Virus record (IMG/VR): IMGVR_UViG_3300045988_144119 | Coordinates: 13,719-77,718 of that record | From: a virus | Strand: one strand, 5' to 3' | DNA: 64,000 nucleotides | Part shown: positions 9,373-18,965 of the stretch, one piece after another | Position numbering within the stretch: the stretch's first letter is position 1 | Layout: each line of letters begins with the position of its first letter | Program-made: the position numbers and the translations under genes | The notes under the pieces: generated by a model | What the model was told of the DNA's origin: nothing | Database searches by the model: none | Seen by the model: the letters and a program-made list of their open reading frames with translations, nothing else

Positions 9373-9768
9373 TTACCTTATTGTCACTTCTATATTTATC
9401 ACGTTGTAGTAGTAGTTCCTATTTTGGTCATAATCTGCATCACGGAAATTTACATCAATCACATAATGGGGGTCTTTGCATGATTCAATAACCTTGTCAA
9501 GCGCAAGTTCCATTTTGTACAGCTCCTTCACGGGCTTCGTACCGTGGCTGTCAACTGATTTTGCGTACAAGAACACGTTGGCAGAACCTTTGGCATAAGC
9601 TCCGTAATCTTTCATGGAAAGCACATCAACAAGCACCATTTCTTTCCAATTGCTTTCAACAGTGGCAGGCATATTCCCGATGAACAGGTTATCGGATATA
9701 GCCGCTTTTGTCAGCAGCATGGAAAAAAAGTTTTCCACTTTTGATGTTGTCTTGTATTTGCTATCCAT
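9373..9768 (-). CDS. tail terminator / tail completion candidate
   Basis: 131 aa; positional only (between capsid and tail tube genes). Confidence 0.35.
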   Translation of the reverse strand: MDSKYKTTSKVENFFSMLLTKAAISDNLFIGNMPATVESNWKEMVLVDVLSMKDYGAYAKGSANVFLYAKSVDSHGTKPVKELYKMELALDKVIESCKDPHYVIDVNFRDADYDQNRNYYYNVINIEVTIR

Positions 9769-9772
9769 ATAA

Positions 9773-10213
9773 TCAGTATTTACCGTTCTTTATAATTCCA
9801 AAAGTTGAACCTTTAATTCTGTTACTTAATGCTTTGAGTTGGTTTTGAGCAATGGCGATTACCTCATATTTGTACTTTTCCTGTAATATTTGTCCGTATG
9901 GCATTGCGGCTACTATCACAAGGTCAATTCCATCATGAGGCTTATATTTACGTTCAAGAAAATCCGTTATCGCATCACGTCCGTATAGCGGCTCTCTCTC
10001 CCAAATTCTTGGGGCTAACGCGTATTTCGTTTGATAACCGCTTTTGGATAGTTTGCCATTAACATATATTCCCCATCCGTAGCTATCATGAAGGTTGTCT
10101 GTATCATTTTTATAAGTAACCCTATTCAATTCTTCTGCAATTATTTTGTCAGCTTCTTCCGATAAGAACTTTATAAGTTTATTCAATGAATCTGTTTTAA
10201 CCTTCTTTGCCAT
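9773..10213 (-). CDS. neck / tail-completion candidate
   Basis: 146 aa; positional only. Confidence 0.35.
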   Translation of the reverse strand: MAKKVKTDSLNKLIKFLSEEADKIIAEELNRVTYKNDTDNLHDSYGWGIYVNGKLSKSGYQTKYALAPRIWEREPLYGRDAITDFLERKYKPHDGIDLVIVAAMPYGQILQEKYKYEVIAIAQNQLKALSNRIKGSTFGIIKNGKY

Positions 10214-10216
10214 AGC

Positions 10217-10615
10217 CTATACCTCGCTCATTTTAATATCAACCGAGCAACCACCAAGTTGACTATATTCAAGTCCTATAACCCTGCCTTGGATTGGTAT
10301 TGCATAATCCTTGCATTTAAAATTGGTATTGAAACGTATAGGTAGCTTCTCACCAACTTTGCACGGGAAAAATACTTTATAGTCAGCCATGATAGTACCA
10401 GAATTAATCAGCTTTGCAGCCTGCTGTATGTCACATTCAGTTTCAAGAAGGATGGTCTCTCCCGTAGTGGGGACTTCGGGAGAACTATCCGTCTTTTCAT
10501 TCCCAAGCAAGTCACCGTCACCGAGAAGGTTCCCGTCTTCCGGCTTATTCGTTATCACGGTGTAGAATGTGCCATGAAACGGGTATTCTTCTATTGCTTT
10601 TCTTTTGAGACGCAT
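10217..10615 (-). CDS. head closure / head-tail joining candidate
   Basis: 132 aa; positional only. Confidence 0.35.
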   Translation of the reverse strand: MRLKRKAIEEYPFHGTFYTVITNKPEDGNLLGDGDLLGNEKTDSSPEVPTTGETILLETECDIQQAAKLINSGTIMADYKVFFPCKVGEKLPIRFNTNFKCKDYAIPIQGRVIGLEYSQLGGCSVDIKMSEV

Positions 10616-10618
10616 AAA

Positions 10619-11002
10619 CTATACATCTAATGAATTTTCATTGACCCAACTCATACTACCCGAATCCATGCTTTTCAACGCTTCTTCTTCACCATACTTT
10701 TTGTACAGTGCTTTCAGACGGTCTTTCAAGTTTTGGATTATAGCAGCCGTTACCGTCTCACTACCTATGTCCTGTCTGTAACTGCCATGTTGGAGTGATG
10801 ATGAAGCCACAGACCACGGACCGTTAATGACAAGCTCGTACAGTGCGATAAGGCAATGGTCTTTAGTGTATTCATCTATTTCTGAACGGTCTGAAATAAA
10901 CATCAAACCGTTTTCGTATGCGATATTTTCAAGCGCATCATCTTCAAAGACAAATCTCGTAAGCCCATTGAGGTATGCTATCGGGTCAAATGATTTTTCC
11001 AT
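10619..11002 (-). CDS. head-tail adaptor candidate
   Basis: 127 aa; first gene after the capsid gene; positional only. Confidence 0.35.
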   Translation of the reverse strand: MEKSFDPIAYLNGLTRFVFEDDALENIAYENGLMFISDRSEIDEYTKDHCLIALYELVINGPWSVASSSLQHGSYRQDIGSETVTAAIIQNLKDRLKALYKKYGEEEALKSMDSGSMSWVNENSLDV

Positions 11003-11027
11003 AACTACTACGCAATGTATTGTACAT

Positions 11028-12206
11028 TTAATCGTCTGCCTGACTTGTGTCTACAATTACGTGATTACGGAATGTTTTCAGTGCAGGACAAGCTGACATC
11101 ATTACATCAGTATGCCATTCCTTATACAGCCCGTTGTTTGTTGTTGTATTCACAATCGTGCAGAGACCATCGTTAGCCTGAGCAAAAATCTTGGTTATTA
11201 CGCTTGAACCATACTTATCAAACATCTGTTTGTCTAGGTTATTGGTGTATTCAAACTCACAAGCATATCCGGCAGGGCGGAGAACAGCAATCTCATCGTC
11301 CCAACCTTGTACGAATGTGTCTCCGGTATTGGTAAGATTACGCTCACGTTCTTCAACAATTTCAATTGGAGATACACCGGGATAATCACGGAAAGCAGCT
11401 AAGAACAACTCTCGTGTAGTAGGTGCAGTAGCGGTTGTTGCGATGTAAGCTAAAGGATTTTTCTTGAAACTTTCAATCAATTCCTTAACTTCGGCATTTT
11501 GCAGCATTACTTCGTAAAACATCTTGCGTGTAACCTGCCATACCATTGCACCTTCATACCCCCATTCTTCACGATATTTTTTCTCCTTTTCCGCCATTTG
11601 ACTGAGAATCTTACATTTTTCGTCTGTCCAAACTACTGTGCCAGCTTTAGTAAAGTTCTCTGTTGGTATATCAGCCTTATGCAACGGAGCTTGAACGCCA
11701 CGTGCGATATTTCGATAGTCAATATGACCTTTAGACATTAACTGTGCAGTCATGAAGTTCATGGTTGCGTCCGCACTATCAAGTTGGGATTGTAATGTAT
11801 GTACCCAAGCGGCTACCAAATCGGCATCGTTTCCAAACAACTCAAACTGTTGTTCTTTTGCTTCACGTTCCATAGCTGTTTCAACGAAACCGGGAGCGAT
11901 AAAATCAGGGATGGATGCGGTGTACCAGTGCAGACCGTCCTTATCCATTTGATTACTGTCACCAAGAGGTGCACGCAAATCCATCAAAGGAGCGGCTTTC
12001 AAGTCACGTCCTTTCACAGAAAAAGTAGCGATGCCATTAGGAGCGGTAGGTGTGGGAGCACCAGCTTTTACACCTTGAGTCTTGTACCAACCATAATTAG
12101 TGTATAGCAGACCTTCTGTATTGACAAAGGATTGCAAGAAACGTTGATTGGTCTTGTCTGAAAAGAATCTTGCATATCTGCTGTTATTAAAATCAAATTT
12201 AGGCAT
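11028..12206 (-). CDS. major capsid protein (lambda gpE-like)
   Basis: 392 aa. The C-terminal part (RPAGYACEF...YKEWHTDVMMSACPAL) resembles, from memory, lambda gpE (LRTYGCIQD...TMIQSAPLML). It follows the scaffold and decoration-like genes. Confidence 0.75.
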   Translation of the reverse strand: MPKFDFNNSRYARFFSDKTNQRFLQSFVNTEGLLYTNYGWYKTQGVKAGAPTPTAPNGIATFSVKGRDLKAAPLMDLRAPLGDSNQMDKDGLHWYTASIPDFIAPGFVETAMEREAKEQQFELFGNDADLVAAWVHTLQSQLDSADATMNFMTAQLMSKGHIDYRNIARGVQAPLHKADIPTENFTKAGTVVWTDEKCKILSQMAEKEKKYREEWGYEGAMVWQVTRKMFYEVMLQNAEVKELIESFKKNPLAYIATTATAPTTRELFLAAFRDYPGVSPIEIVEERERNLTNTGDTFVQGWDDEIAVLRPAGYACEFEYTNNLDKQMFDKYGSSVITKIFAQANDGLCTIVNTTTNNGLYKEWHTDVMMSACPALKTFRNHVIVDTSQADD

Positions 12207-12219
12207 AGTTTCGTCAATT

Positions 12220-12972
12220 TTAAATGTTAAACCAACCCTTAACCTTGCTCTTGTTCAAAGCTTTTAATGCAGCCGAAAGAGGTTGCATACGGTCTTCGTA
12301 GAGGAATACATCTCCTAATGCCAATGCAGGAGTGATAAGGTATCTTGCACCATCGAAATCATCTTCGGATGCAGCCGGGTCAAAAACAAAATCAAAGTCG
12401 CAGGGAAGGTATGAGTTAGGATTAGTAACCATGGCTTCTTTACCAGAACCTGCTTCTTTCGCTTCAACAAGAACAGATGAAGTTGTTAATGCTCCGAGGG
12501 TTGCGCTCAATGTAACTTTCCAAACATCGCCAGCCGTTCCGTCAGTCGTTTTTTCAACGGCTGTGACTGTTACTGCTGTTCCTTTCCCTACCAATGTGGT
12601 AGGAGCAACCATGAGAACGTCCCCTACAAACGGAATGAGGGAATACCCGTCTCTTTTCAAGTAAATAACCGTATCAGATGATTCTGATGTAGCTTTTGCA
12701 ACTGCATACGATTTTAGGATGCGTATTTCGCTTCCATTAGAACCATTACTGGGAATATATTCAGCGAGCGTCCCGGCAAAAGCTCTTGCATTACCTTTGA
12801 ATGGGTTTTTAACAATTCCACCACTGGTAGGAAATACAAGTGCGTCTTTCCCGCTCATCTGTAGCTTCACGAAGACATAGCGATGACCACCAATGCTTCC
12901 GCGAGCCTGAACCAATGCTCTACCGGGAAGGTAGCCACTGTTCAATAGGATTTGCTGATAGAAATCTGACAT
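12220..12972 (-). CDS. head decoration-like / auxiliary capsid protein
   Basis: 250 aa, T/V/A-rich beta-type sequence in the slot of lambda gpD between scaffold and capsid; positional. Confidence 0.35.
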   Translation of the reverse strand: MSDFYQQILLNSGYLPGRALVQARGSIGGHRYVFVKLQMSGKDALVFPTSGGIVKNPFKGNARAFAGTLAEYIPSNGSNGSEIRILKSYAVAKATSESSDTVIYLKRDGYSLIPFVGDVLMVAPTTLVGKGTAVTVTAVEKTTDGTAGDVWKVTLSATLGALTTSSVLVEAKEAGSGKEAMVTNPNSYLPCDFDFVFDPAASEDDFDGARYLITPALALGDVFLYEDRMQPLSAALKALNKSKVKGWFNI

Positions 12973-12995
12973 TTTCTTTTTGGTTTAAATGATTA

Positions 12996-13661
12996 TTATT
13001 TTTCTTCTCTGTGCGACTGCTTCCTTACGACAGCAACCACATCGGCAAAGTCATCGGTCTTTCCCTTACCGCCTCCCGTGCCGCCTGGAGTGATGTCGGG
13101 TGGAGTGTTAGCATTAAACTTATTGTAGCTCTTGACCAGTCTTTCTGTAAGAGCGTCAACGTCAGTTTCAGAATCAATGTGAATCAGTTCAAGCTGGTCG
13201 TTAATCCAATCCTCGTTCTTGACTTCTTTCCCTTTTAAGGCTGATTTGAGTTGATTGCGTTTCTCGGAAATAGTTTTGGCTCTTTTCTCTTCCTCACGTT
13301 CTGATTTCAAGTCTTGGAGTTCTTTGAGCAACTTATCCAGTTTGCTTTCGTCTCCTTTGTTATCCTTGTAATCATCCTTATCTCCCTTATCATCCTTTGC
13401 GGGGTGATTCTTTTCCCACTCCTTTACGAATTTTGAATTGTCGTTCCTGATGTTGTTGTCGTCCTCTTGGAAGTCCTCCAGATAATCGGCAACCGCATCA
13501 TCCAATTCCAACTCGTCATTACCACTCGCTTTCTCCAACCGCTTGTAGATCCTTTCCACCTTGCCGTTGAAACTTCTCTCACTCATCGCCAAGTTTTTCT
13601 TGCCGTTGTTAGTGATTCCTGCTTTCAGTGCTTCTGAAAGCTGTTCTTTCGTAAACTTCAT
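12996..13661 (-). CDS. scaffolding protein candidate
   Basis: 221 aa, strongly charged K/E/D-rich sequence, first gene of the minus-strand head operon. Confidence 0.55.
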   Translation of the reverse strand: MKFTKEQLSEALKAGITNNGKKNLAMSERSFNGKVERIYKRLEKASGNDELELDDAVADYLEDFQEDDNNIRNDNSKFVKEWEKNHPAKDDKGDKDDYKDNKGDESKLDKLLKELQDLKSEREEEKRAKTISEKRNQLKSALKGKEVKNEDWINDQLELIHIDSETDVDALTERLVKSYNKFNANTPPDITPGGTGGGKGKTDDFADVVAVVRKQSHREEK

Positions 13662-13736
13662 ACACTATATGTTTTATAATGATTATATGCGAAAGTAATG
13701 CTTTAACAAAAAGATATAACTATAAAAAAATCACTG

Positions 13737-13757
13737 TATTTATCACTATGATAAATA
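13737..13757. promoter_or_regulatory. perfect 9-3-9 palindrome in the divergent late promoter region
   Basis: TATTTATCA cta TGATAAATA between the scaffold (-) and terminase (+) start codons. Confidence 0.45.
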
Positions 13758-13810
13758 GACATTGGTTTAAGTATATATTACCTTGTTATTAAGAGGTATT
13801 TTTGCTTTTG

Positions 13811-15433
13811 ATGAAAGAGCAAGAAGTACATAATGCGATAGTGAAGAAACCTTTCCCAGGTTTCCAAACCTACTTTGCTTCAACGAACGTGGATATATCT
13901 TTCGGTGCCGGCGGGGTCGGAAACGGGAAGTCATACTCTCTTGTTCTTGGATTCGCTGAACCGTTAATGCTTGACCCTGATTTTAGATGCTTAATAAGTC
14001 GTAGAAGCCTTGGGAACCAAAAAGCAGGAGGAGGATTTGTTGATACATTCAAGGACATATTCGGGGGATATGTAAAAGTTAAAGAGGCAGACACGCCACG
14101 TATATCATTTCAAAGTGGAGCGTACTGCGATTTGACTTATATAGACCCAACGAATATAGACAGAATGAGGGAGCGTGCGAAAGGATGGCAGTACGATGCG
14201 ATTGCCATTGATGAGCTTACCGAAATGCCTTGGGAGGTATTTACGTACATTCAATCCCGTAATCGTGGAAAAAGCAAAACATTTACGGGGAAATTCCGTG
14301 CGACATTCAATCCTAAACGCACCCATTGGACGAGAAGATTCATAGATTGGTATGTTGGAGTTGACGGGAAGGGTATCCCTGATAGAATAGGAAAAGTCAG
14401 ATTCTTTTTTGTTGCTGGGTCTACCGTTGATGATGTGATTTGGGGAGATTCAAAAGAAGAAGTTTACGCTAAGTGCAAGATACAGATAGACAGTTTGATT
14501 AAAGACTTGAAAGGAAAAGCAAAATATCAAGACTTTATCAAATCGTTTACCTTATACGAGGGCACAGTTGATGAAAATGAAGCTCTAATGGAAGGCAATG
14601 CAGGGTACGTTGGTTCAGTTGCCGCTTCTGGTACACGCTCTGCTGCTGGGCTTATCGGTGTAAACTATAATGCAGACCCAGATTCTGACGAAAAGATACC
14701 TATCCCTTCCACTTCCGCACAAGGCGTGTTCAACAACAACCCTGCCGTAAACGGTGACAAATGGATTACCGTGGATTTGGCGGATTACGGTACGGATAAT
14801 CTCGTGGCTCTGGCATGGGATGGATTTCACGCATACGACATTCTCATTCTTAGCAAGTCCACTCCGAGAGAAAACGCTATGGCAGTGAAGACATTTGCAT
14901 TTGAGCATGGAACAGCCGAAAGCCATATCATTTTTGACGCGACTGCCGGAAGGTACTTCAATGATTACATTCCCGATGCAGTACCTTATATCTCGCTAAA
15001 TAAACCTTTCGGGCTTTACCAACTTACCGCAATGACAGTCAAGGATATGTGCTATATCAGATTATGCAAGATGATAGAGGAAGGCAACTTGACATTTGAC
15101 GATAAACTTGCCGTTCAGACTTACACTCATCAAAACTTGAAATACAAAGTGACGGTTGAGAACGAGTTTATGGAAGAATGTTCCGTTGTGCGATTTGACG
15201 ATATGCAGAGTGGGAAGAAGCGGCTTTGGAACAAGAAGAAAATGAATCAGATGTTAGGGAAAGGCAGGTCAATGGACTTGTTAGACCCATGCGCTATGAG
15301 AATGCTTCCGTGCGCTAACATTGAATACGGGAATGAGATTCAAGCAGGGTATTACAATCACGAGGAAGAAACCAAACAAGCGAGCCATGCACAGACAGAA
15401 GGAAGTATTTACGATGAACATTTATGGTATTAG
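13811..15433 (+). CDS. terL: terminase large subunit
   Basis: Walker A FGAGGVGNGKSYS and Walker B-like YDAIAIDELTE; ~540 aa. The ATG at 13811 is preferred over the TTG at 13802 in the ORF track. Confidence 0.9.
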   Translation: MKEQEVHNAIVKKPFPGFQTYFASTNVDISFGAGGVGNGKSYSLVLGFAEPLMLDPDFRCLISRRSLGNQKAGGGFVDTFKDIFGGYVKVKEADTPRISFQSGAYCDLTYIDPTNIDRMRERAKGWQYDAIAIDELTEMPWEVFTYIQSRNRGKSKTFTGKFRATFNPKRTHWTRRFIDWYVGVDGKGIPDRIGKVRFFFVAGSTVDDVIWGDSKEEVYAKCKIQIDSLIKDLKGKAKYQDFIKSFTLYEGTVDENEALMEGNAGYVGSVAASGTRSAAGLIGVNYNADPDSDEKIPIPSTSAQGVFNNNPAVNGDKWITVDLADYGTDNLVALAWDGFHAYDILILSKSTPRENAMAVKTFAFEHGTAESHIIFDATAGRYFNDYIPDAVPYISLNKPFGLYQLTAMTVKDMCYIRLCKMIEEGNLTFDDKLAVQTYTHQNLKYKVTVENEFMEECSVVRFDDMQSGKKRLWNKKKMNQMLGKGRSMDLLDPCAMRMLPCANIEYGNEIQAGYYNHEEETKQASHAQTEGSIYDEHLWY

Positions 15434-15472
15434 GATGGCACTTATATGCCTCACAGAACATAATAATTATAT

Positions 15473-16654
15473 ATGTATATGCAGCGAGTAGAACGACATA
15501 TTATCATTGGTAACAAGTACTTGGACAGGCTTTGTTTCCTATCCAAGAATTTGTACAACTACGCAAACTATATGATTCGTCAGGAGTTTACGAAGAGTGG
15601 TAAGTTGCTTCCTGAATACGGATTGACAGCTTTACTTGCCAAGGAAAAACAAATGGATTATACATCTCTTCCTGCGAAGACCAGTCAACAGGTTGTTGCT
15701 CTTCTATTCAAGAATTGGAAGTCGTTTTTTAAACTATGTAAATGCAAGGACAAGCTTAATGGTAAACCGAAACCTCCGAAGTATAAACATAAGACGAAAG
15801 GACGAAATATAGTCGTATTCACCTATCAGCAATGCAAGTTGAAGGACGGATACATTCACTTTCCGAAGAAAGTAAACATACAACCGTTAAGAACAAAAGT
15901 AACTAATTTGCGTCAGGTTCGCATTATCCCGCAATGTAGTTGCCATATCATAGAAGTAGTATATGAAAAAGAAAGTATTGAAACCACCGGACTTGAACCA
16001 AACTCTTATTTAAGTATTGACTTGGGATTGAACAACCTTGCAACTTCCTATGATTCGCTATGTCATAAGAGCTTTATCATAAATGGCAGAATATTGAAAT
16101 CCATAAACCAATACTTCAACAAGAGGAAAACTAAGTTAATGAGTTTCATTGGAGGGAAAGGTACAAGTAGGCGAATAGGGAAACTAACACTAAAGCGGAA
16201 TTGTAAAGTGAATGACTATATGCACAAGACTTCCCGATTTATTGTAAACTATTGTATTGATAATCATATTGATACTATTGTAATAGGTAATAACAAAGAT
16301 TGGAAGCAGCAAATAAATATGGGGAAACGTAACAATCAAAACTTTGTCAGCATCCCATTTGAAAAGCTAATCTCTCAGATACAGTACAAGTCCGAAGAAG
16401 TGGGAATTAAGGTCGTAATAACCGAAGAAAGTTATACTTCCAAAATAGACCACTACGCAGGCGAAGAGATGTGTCAACATGAAACATATTTAGGTAAGCG
16501 CATACAAAGAGGTCTATTCCGTAGCAGTACAGGTAAAATCCTGAATGCTGATCTAAACGGAGCGATAGGGATTTTAAGAAAAGTAGTTGGCGAAAGCATC
16601 TCGCAAGTAGTCAATAGAGGGGGAGTGGAGACCCCAACGAGATTGCTGGTGTAA
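15473..16654 (+). CDS. tnpB: TnpB-like RNA-guided nuclease (IS200/IS605 family accessory protein, no TnpA)
   Basis: 393 aa. The RuvC triad is visible: LSIDLGLNNLA (D), ITEESYTSK (E), NADLNGAIGILRK (D). The usual CxxC..CxxC zinc finger between RuvC-II and III is absent. Confidence 0.85.
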   Translation: MYMQRVERHIIIGNKYLDRLCFLSKNLYNYANYMIRQEFTKSGKLLPEYGLTALLAKEKQMDYTSLPAKTSQQVVALLFKNWKSFFKLCKCKDKLNGKPKPPKYKHKTKGRNIVVFTYQQCKLKDGYIHFPKKVNIQPLRTKVTNLRQVRIIPQCSCHIIEVVYEKESIETTGLEPNSYLSIDLGLNNLATSYDSLCHKSFIINGRILKSINQYFNKRKTKLMSFIGGKGTSRRIGKLTLKRNCKVNDYMHKTSRFIVNYCIDNHIDTIVIGNNKDWKQQINMGKRNNQNFVSIPFEKLISQIQYKSEEVGIKVVITEESYTSKIDHYAGEEMCQHETYLGKRIQRGLFRSSTGKILNADLNGAIGILRKVVGESISQVVNRGGVETPTRLLV

Positions 16655-16659
16655 TCTCG
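16638..16659 (+). other. perfect 7-bp hairpin spanning the tnpB stop codon (candidate right-end / omega-RNA terminal stem)
   Basis: CGAGATT (16638-16644) pairs with AATCTCG (16653-16659), 8-nt loop; only 20 nt from the next ATG. Confidence 0.5.
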
Positions 16660-16679
16660 CAAATAAGTACCATTAGGAT

Positions 16680-17204
16680 ATGATAAGCTATAACGACATA
16701 AAGGATATTATCAATTCCCTTAAAACAGAAGGAATTGAAGCAAGGGTAAGAGATGTTGCCTATTTGGTAATGTGTGATTCTTTCGTAGATAAGGATCTTG
16801 CTGCAAAGGTTGCTTACCAAGAAGATGAAAAGCCTTCAAACAAGGTGTTATCCACGCTTGCCGAGAAACTGAAATCTTTCGGCATCGGTGCTATCACTAC
16901 CATATCTAAAGATGAGAACCGAGAAGCGTTGCTGAAAGAAATATCGGAGATGAAACAGATTGCTGACGATGCGAAAGCAAGTGGAGATTCAGACACTTTT
17001 ATCAAAGCAAGTAAGGTCGTGTTGGATGCACGCGTGAAGCTGAACGATAAATTCAATATTGAAGAGAAAGAGGGGCAGAAGCGAATAATCGTTGTTCCGC
17101 AGAAGCACGACATTATCTGCAAATGGACTTCGAGAGAGTGTTCTGCAATGCCGAGCAAGGAAGCCTGCATGAAGTATTACAACCTAATTGATGCGGAAAA
17201 ATGA
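16680..17204 (+). CDS. hypothetical protein (174 aa)
   Basis: ORF between tnpB and portal; its stop overlaps the portal start (ATGA 17201-17204); no motif recognised. Confidence 0.6.
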   Translation: MISYNDIKDIINSLKTEGIEARVRDVAYLVMCDSFVDKDLAAKVAYQEDEKPSNKVLSTLAEKLKSFGIGAITTISKDENREALLKEISEMKQIADDAKASGDSDTFIKASKVVLDARVKLNDKFNIEEKEGQKRIIVVPQKHDIICKWTSRECSAMPSKEACMKYYNLIDAEK

Positions 17205-18721
17205 CACGGGAAGAGAAAAAAACATATCTATTGCGGAACGTAAATGCCTTGTTGCAGAAGAAACCGTTTTTCAGAGGAAGTGACACTTGCTCTACAAACG
17301 ACTATTCCGACGGTCAGTCCGCAGCTATTACCGATACACGCACGGCAAGGCTTCCGAATGTAAAAAAGAATATCGTTTCGCAGGAAAAGTTTCTGAAAGA
17401 ACTTGACCCGATGAGCCATGAGGTATTATTTGATCAAAACTTGCCGAGCATTTGCGTGAAGTTAGAAGATGGGGGATATCAGGAAATCAAGTTCCAGCGC
17501 ACGGCATTAGCTTTCCAAGAACAGATACTGGCGAGCCACGTAATCTACCTTTGCGGGAATCCCTGTACATTGTCTTTAAGAGGTGGCACTCCTTCCGAGA
17601 AAGATAAAGCCAACTATTCCACAATCAAAGAGTATTGGGTAGACAGGAATATGGATGGATGGCGTACAAAGGCAGTCCGTTCGCAACTTGCAACAGGCGA
17701 TGCAGGACTTCTGTTTTATTATGACTATAAAGGACGTATCAAGTGCCGCCTGATAAGTTATGAAGATGGTTACGTAATCATATCACACAATGACAACAAC
17801 GGTGACAGGCTTCTTGAAAGTGTCTACTATGCCGATGCGGACGGTGTGGAATACATTGACAGTTACGATGATACCTACATGTACCGTATGCACACACCGA
17901 TAGACGGTGAAGAAGCAGGCGAGGACGGTTTTGTAAGAGAACTTCCTATATTGCACGGTTTCAGTGAGATACCATTGTGTACCAAACGTGGTAATGTGGC
18001 GTGGAACAACGGACAGAGTCTTATCGAGATTTACGAGATTATCTACAACATCTTCTTTGTCATTCAGAAACGGAACGGCTGGGGCATTCTGTATATTAAA
18101 GGCAATCTGTCAGAAACGACAAAGAAACTTGCAGGGAGTATCATTTTGCAAGACAAGTCAATGGACGGTAACGGAAGTGCAGAGTTCAAAGCACCGCCCA
18201 GTCCGCAAGGTATGCTTGACAGTCTGCAAGATTTGTTCGAGAAGATACAGATAAACACCTCATGCACATTTCTTTTGCCTAAAGATGTCAAGTCAAGTGG
18301 TGACATAAGCGGACTGGCTATTACGCTGACCCGTGATTTAGATTTGAAGAATGCCCAGCAAGGGGTTATCGAGTGGCAGAATTTTGCAGACAAGATGATG
18401 CGCCTGTTCAAGGAGGGATTAGCCAAAGAATTGGTAAAAAAAGGCGAGAACGTAAATGCCATTACAGAATTTGACAAACTTCGTGTCAGCTGTAAGTTCA
18501 AGATATGGCAGCCGTTCAGTGCAACTGAGTATAACAACATGCTTATCTCAATGAAACAGGCTGGTATTCTCTCCACGAAAACGGCTATCGAAAAGAACAC
18601 GGAGAGCACACCCGATGAGGAGCAACGAGTGACTAAGGAAGTTAAGGAAGCAGAAGAAAAGGTGATTGCCCAACAGCAAGCCAACAAAACGAACAAGCAG
18701 GAAGGAGGTAATAATGAATAA
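17201..18721 (+). CDS. portal protein candidate
   Basis: 506 aa; size and position next to the terminase; Q/E-rich C-terminal tail; no motif-level proof. Confidence 0.65.
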   Translation: MTREEKKTYLLRNVNALLQKKPFFRGSDTCSTNDYSDGQSAAITDTRTARLPNVKKNIVSQEKFLKELDPMSHEVLFDQNLPSICVKLEDGGYQEIKFQRTALAFQEQILASHVIYLCGNPCTLSLRGGTPSEKDKANYSTIKEYWVDRNMDGWRTKAVRSQLATGDAGLLFYYDYKGRIKCRLISYEDGYVIISHNDNNGDRLLESVYYADADGVEYIDSYDDTYMYRMHTPIDGEEAGEDGFVRELPILHGFSEIPLCTKRGNVAWNNGQSLIEIYEIIYNIFFVIQKRNGWGILYIKGNLSETTKKLAGSIILQDKSMDGNGSAEFKAPPSPQGMLDSLQDLFEKIQINTSCTFLLPKDVKSSGDISGLAITLTRDLDLKNAQQGVIEWQNFADKMMRLFKEGLAKELVKKGENVNAITEFDKLRVSCKFKIWQPFSATEYNNMLISMKQAGILSTKTAIEKNTESTPDEEQRVTKEVKEAEEKVIAQQQANKTNKQEGGNNE

Positions 18722-18965
18722 ACAAGTGATAAACATAGATGCCAACTTCATTAAAGAGATTGCCAAAATGCAAGAGCGAATTGATGAAACAGATAACGCA
18801 ATTTTCAATCTATTCATGAAGATACAAGACGTTAATCGACTTGATATTATGTATGATGGTGAGAATAGAGATCTGTACCATCACATTTATATGTTCATCG
18901 AATATGTCCTGCATAAGTTTCCAAATATATACGAAGAATTCAGAGAAAACAAACAACACAAGTAA
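18714..18965 (+). CDS. hypothetical protein (83 aa)
   Basis: ATG at 18714 preceded by GGAGGT; overlaps the portal stop; preferred to the upstream ATG at 18666. Confidence 0.55.
   Translation: MNKQVINIDANFIKEIAKMQERIDETDNAIFNLFMKIQDVNRLDIMYDGENRDLYHHIYMFIEYVLHKFPNIYEEFRENKQHK

Noticed and set aside
16474-17170. Minus-strand ORFs antisense to the tnpB 3' end and the following gene (16474-16662, 16611-16820, 16814-17170)
   Set aside because: They are antisense to well-supported plus-strand genes inside a unidirectional late operon, and they have no motifs.
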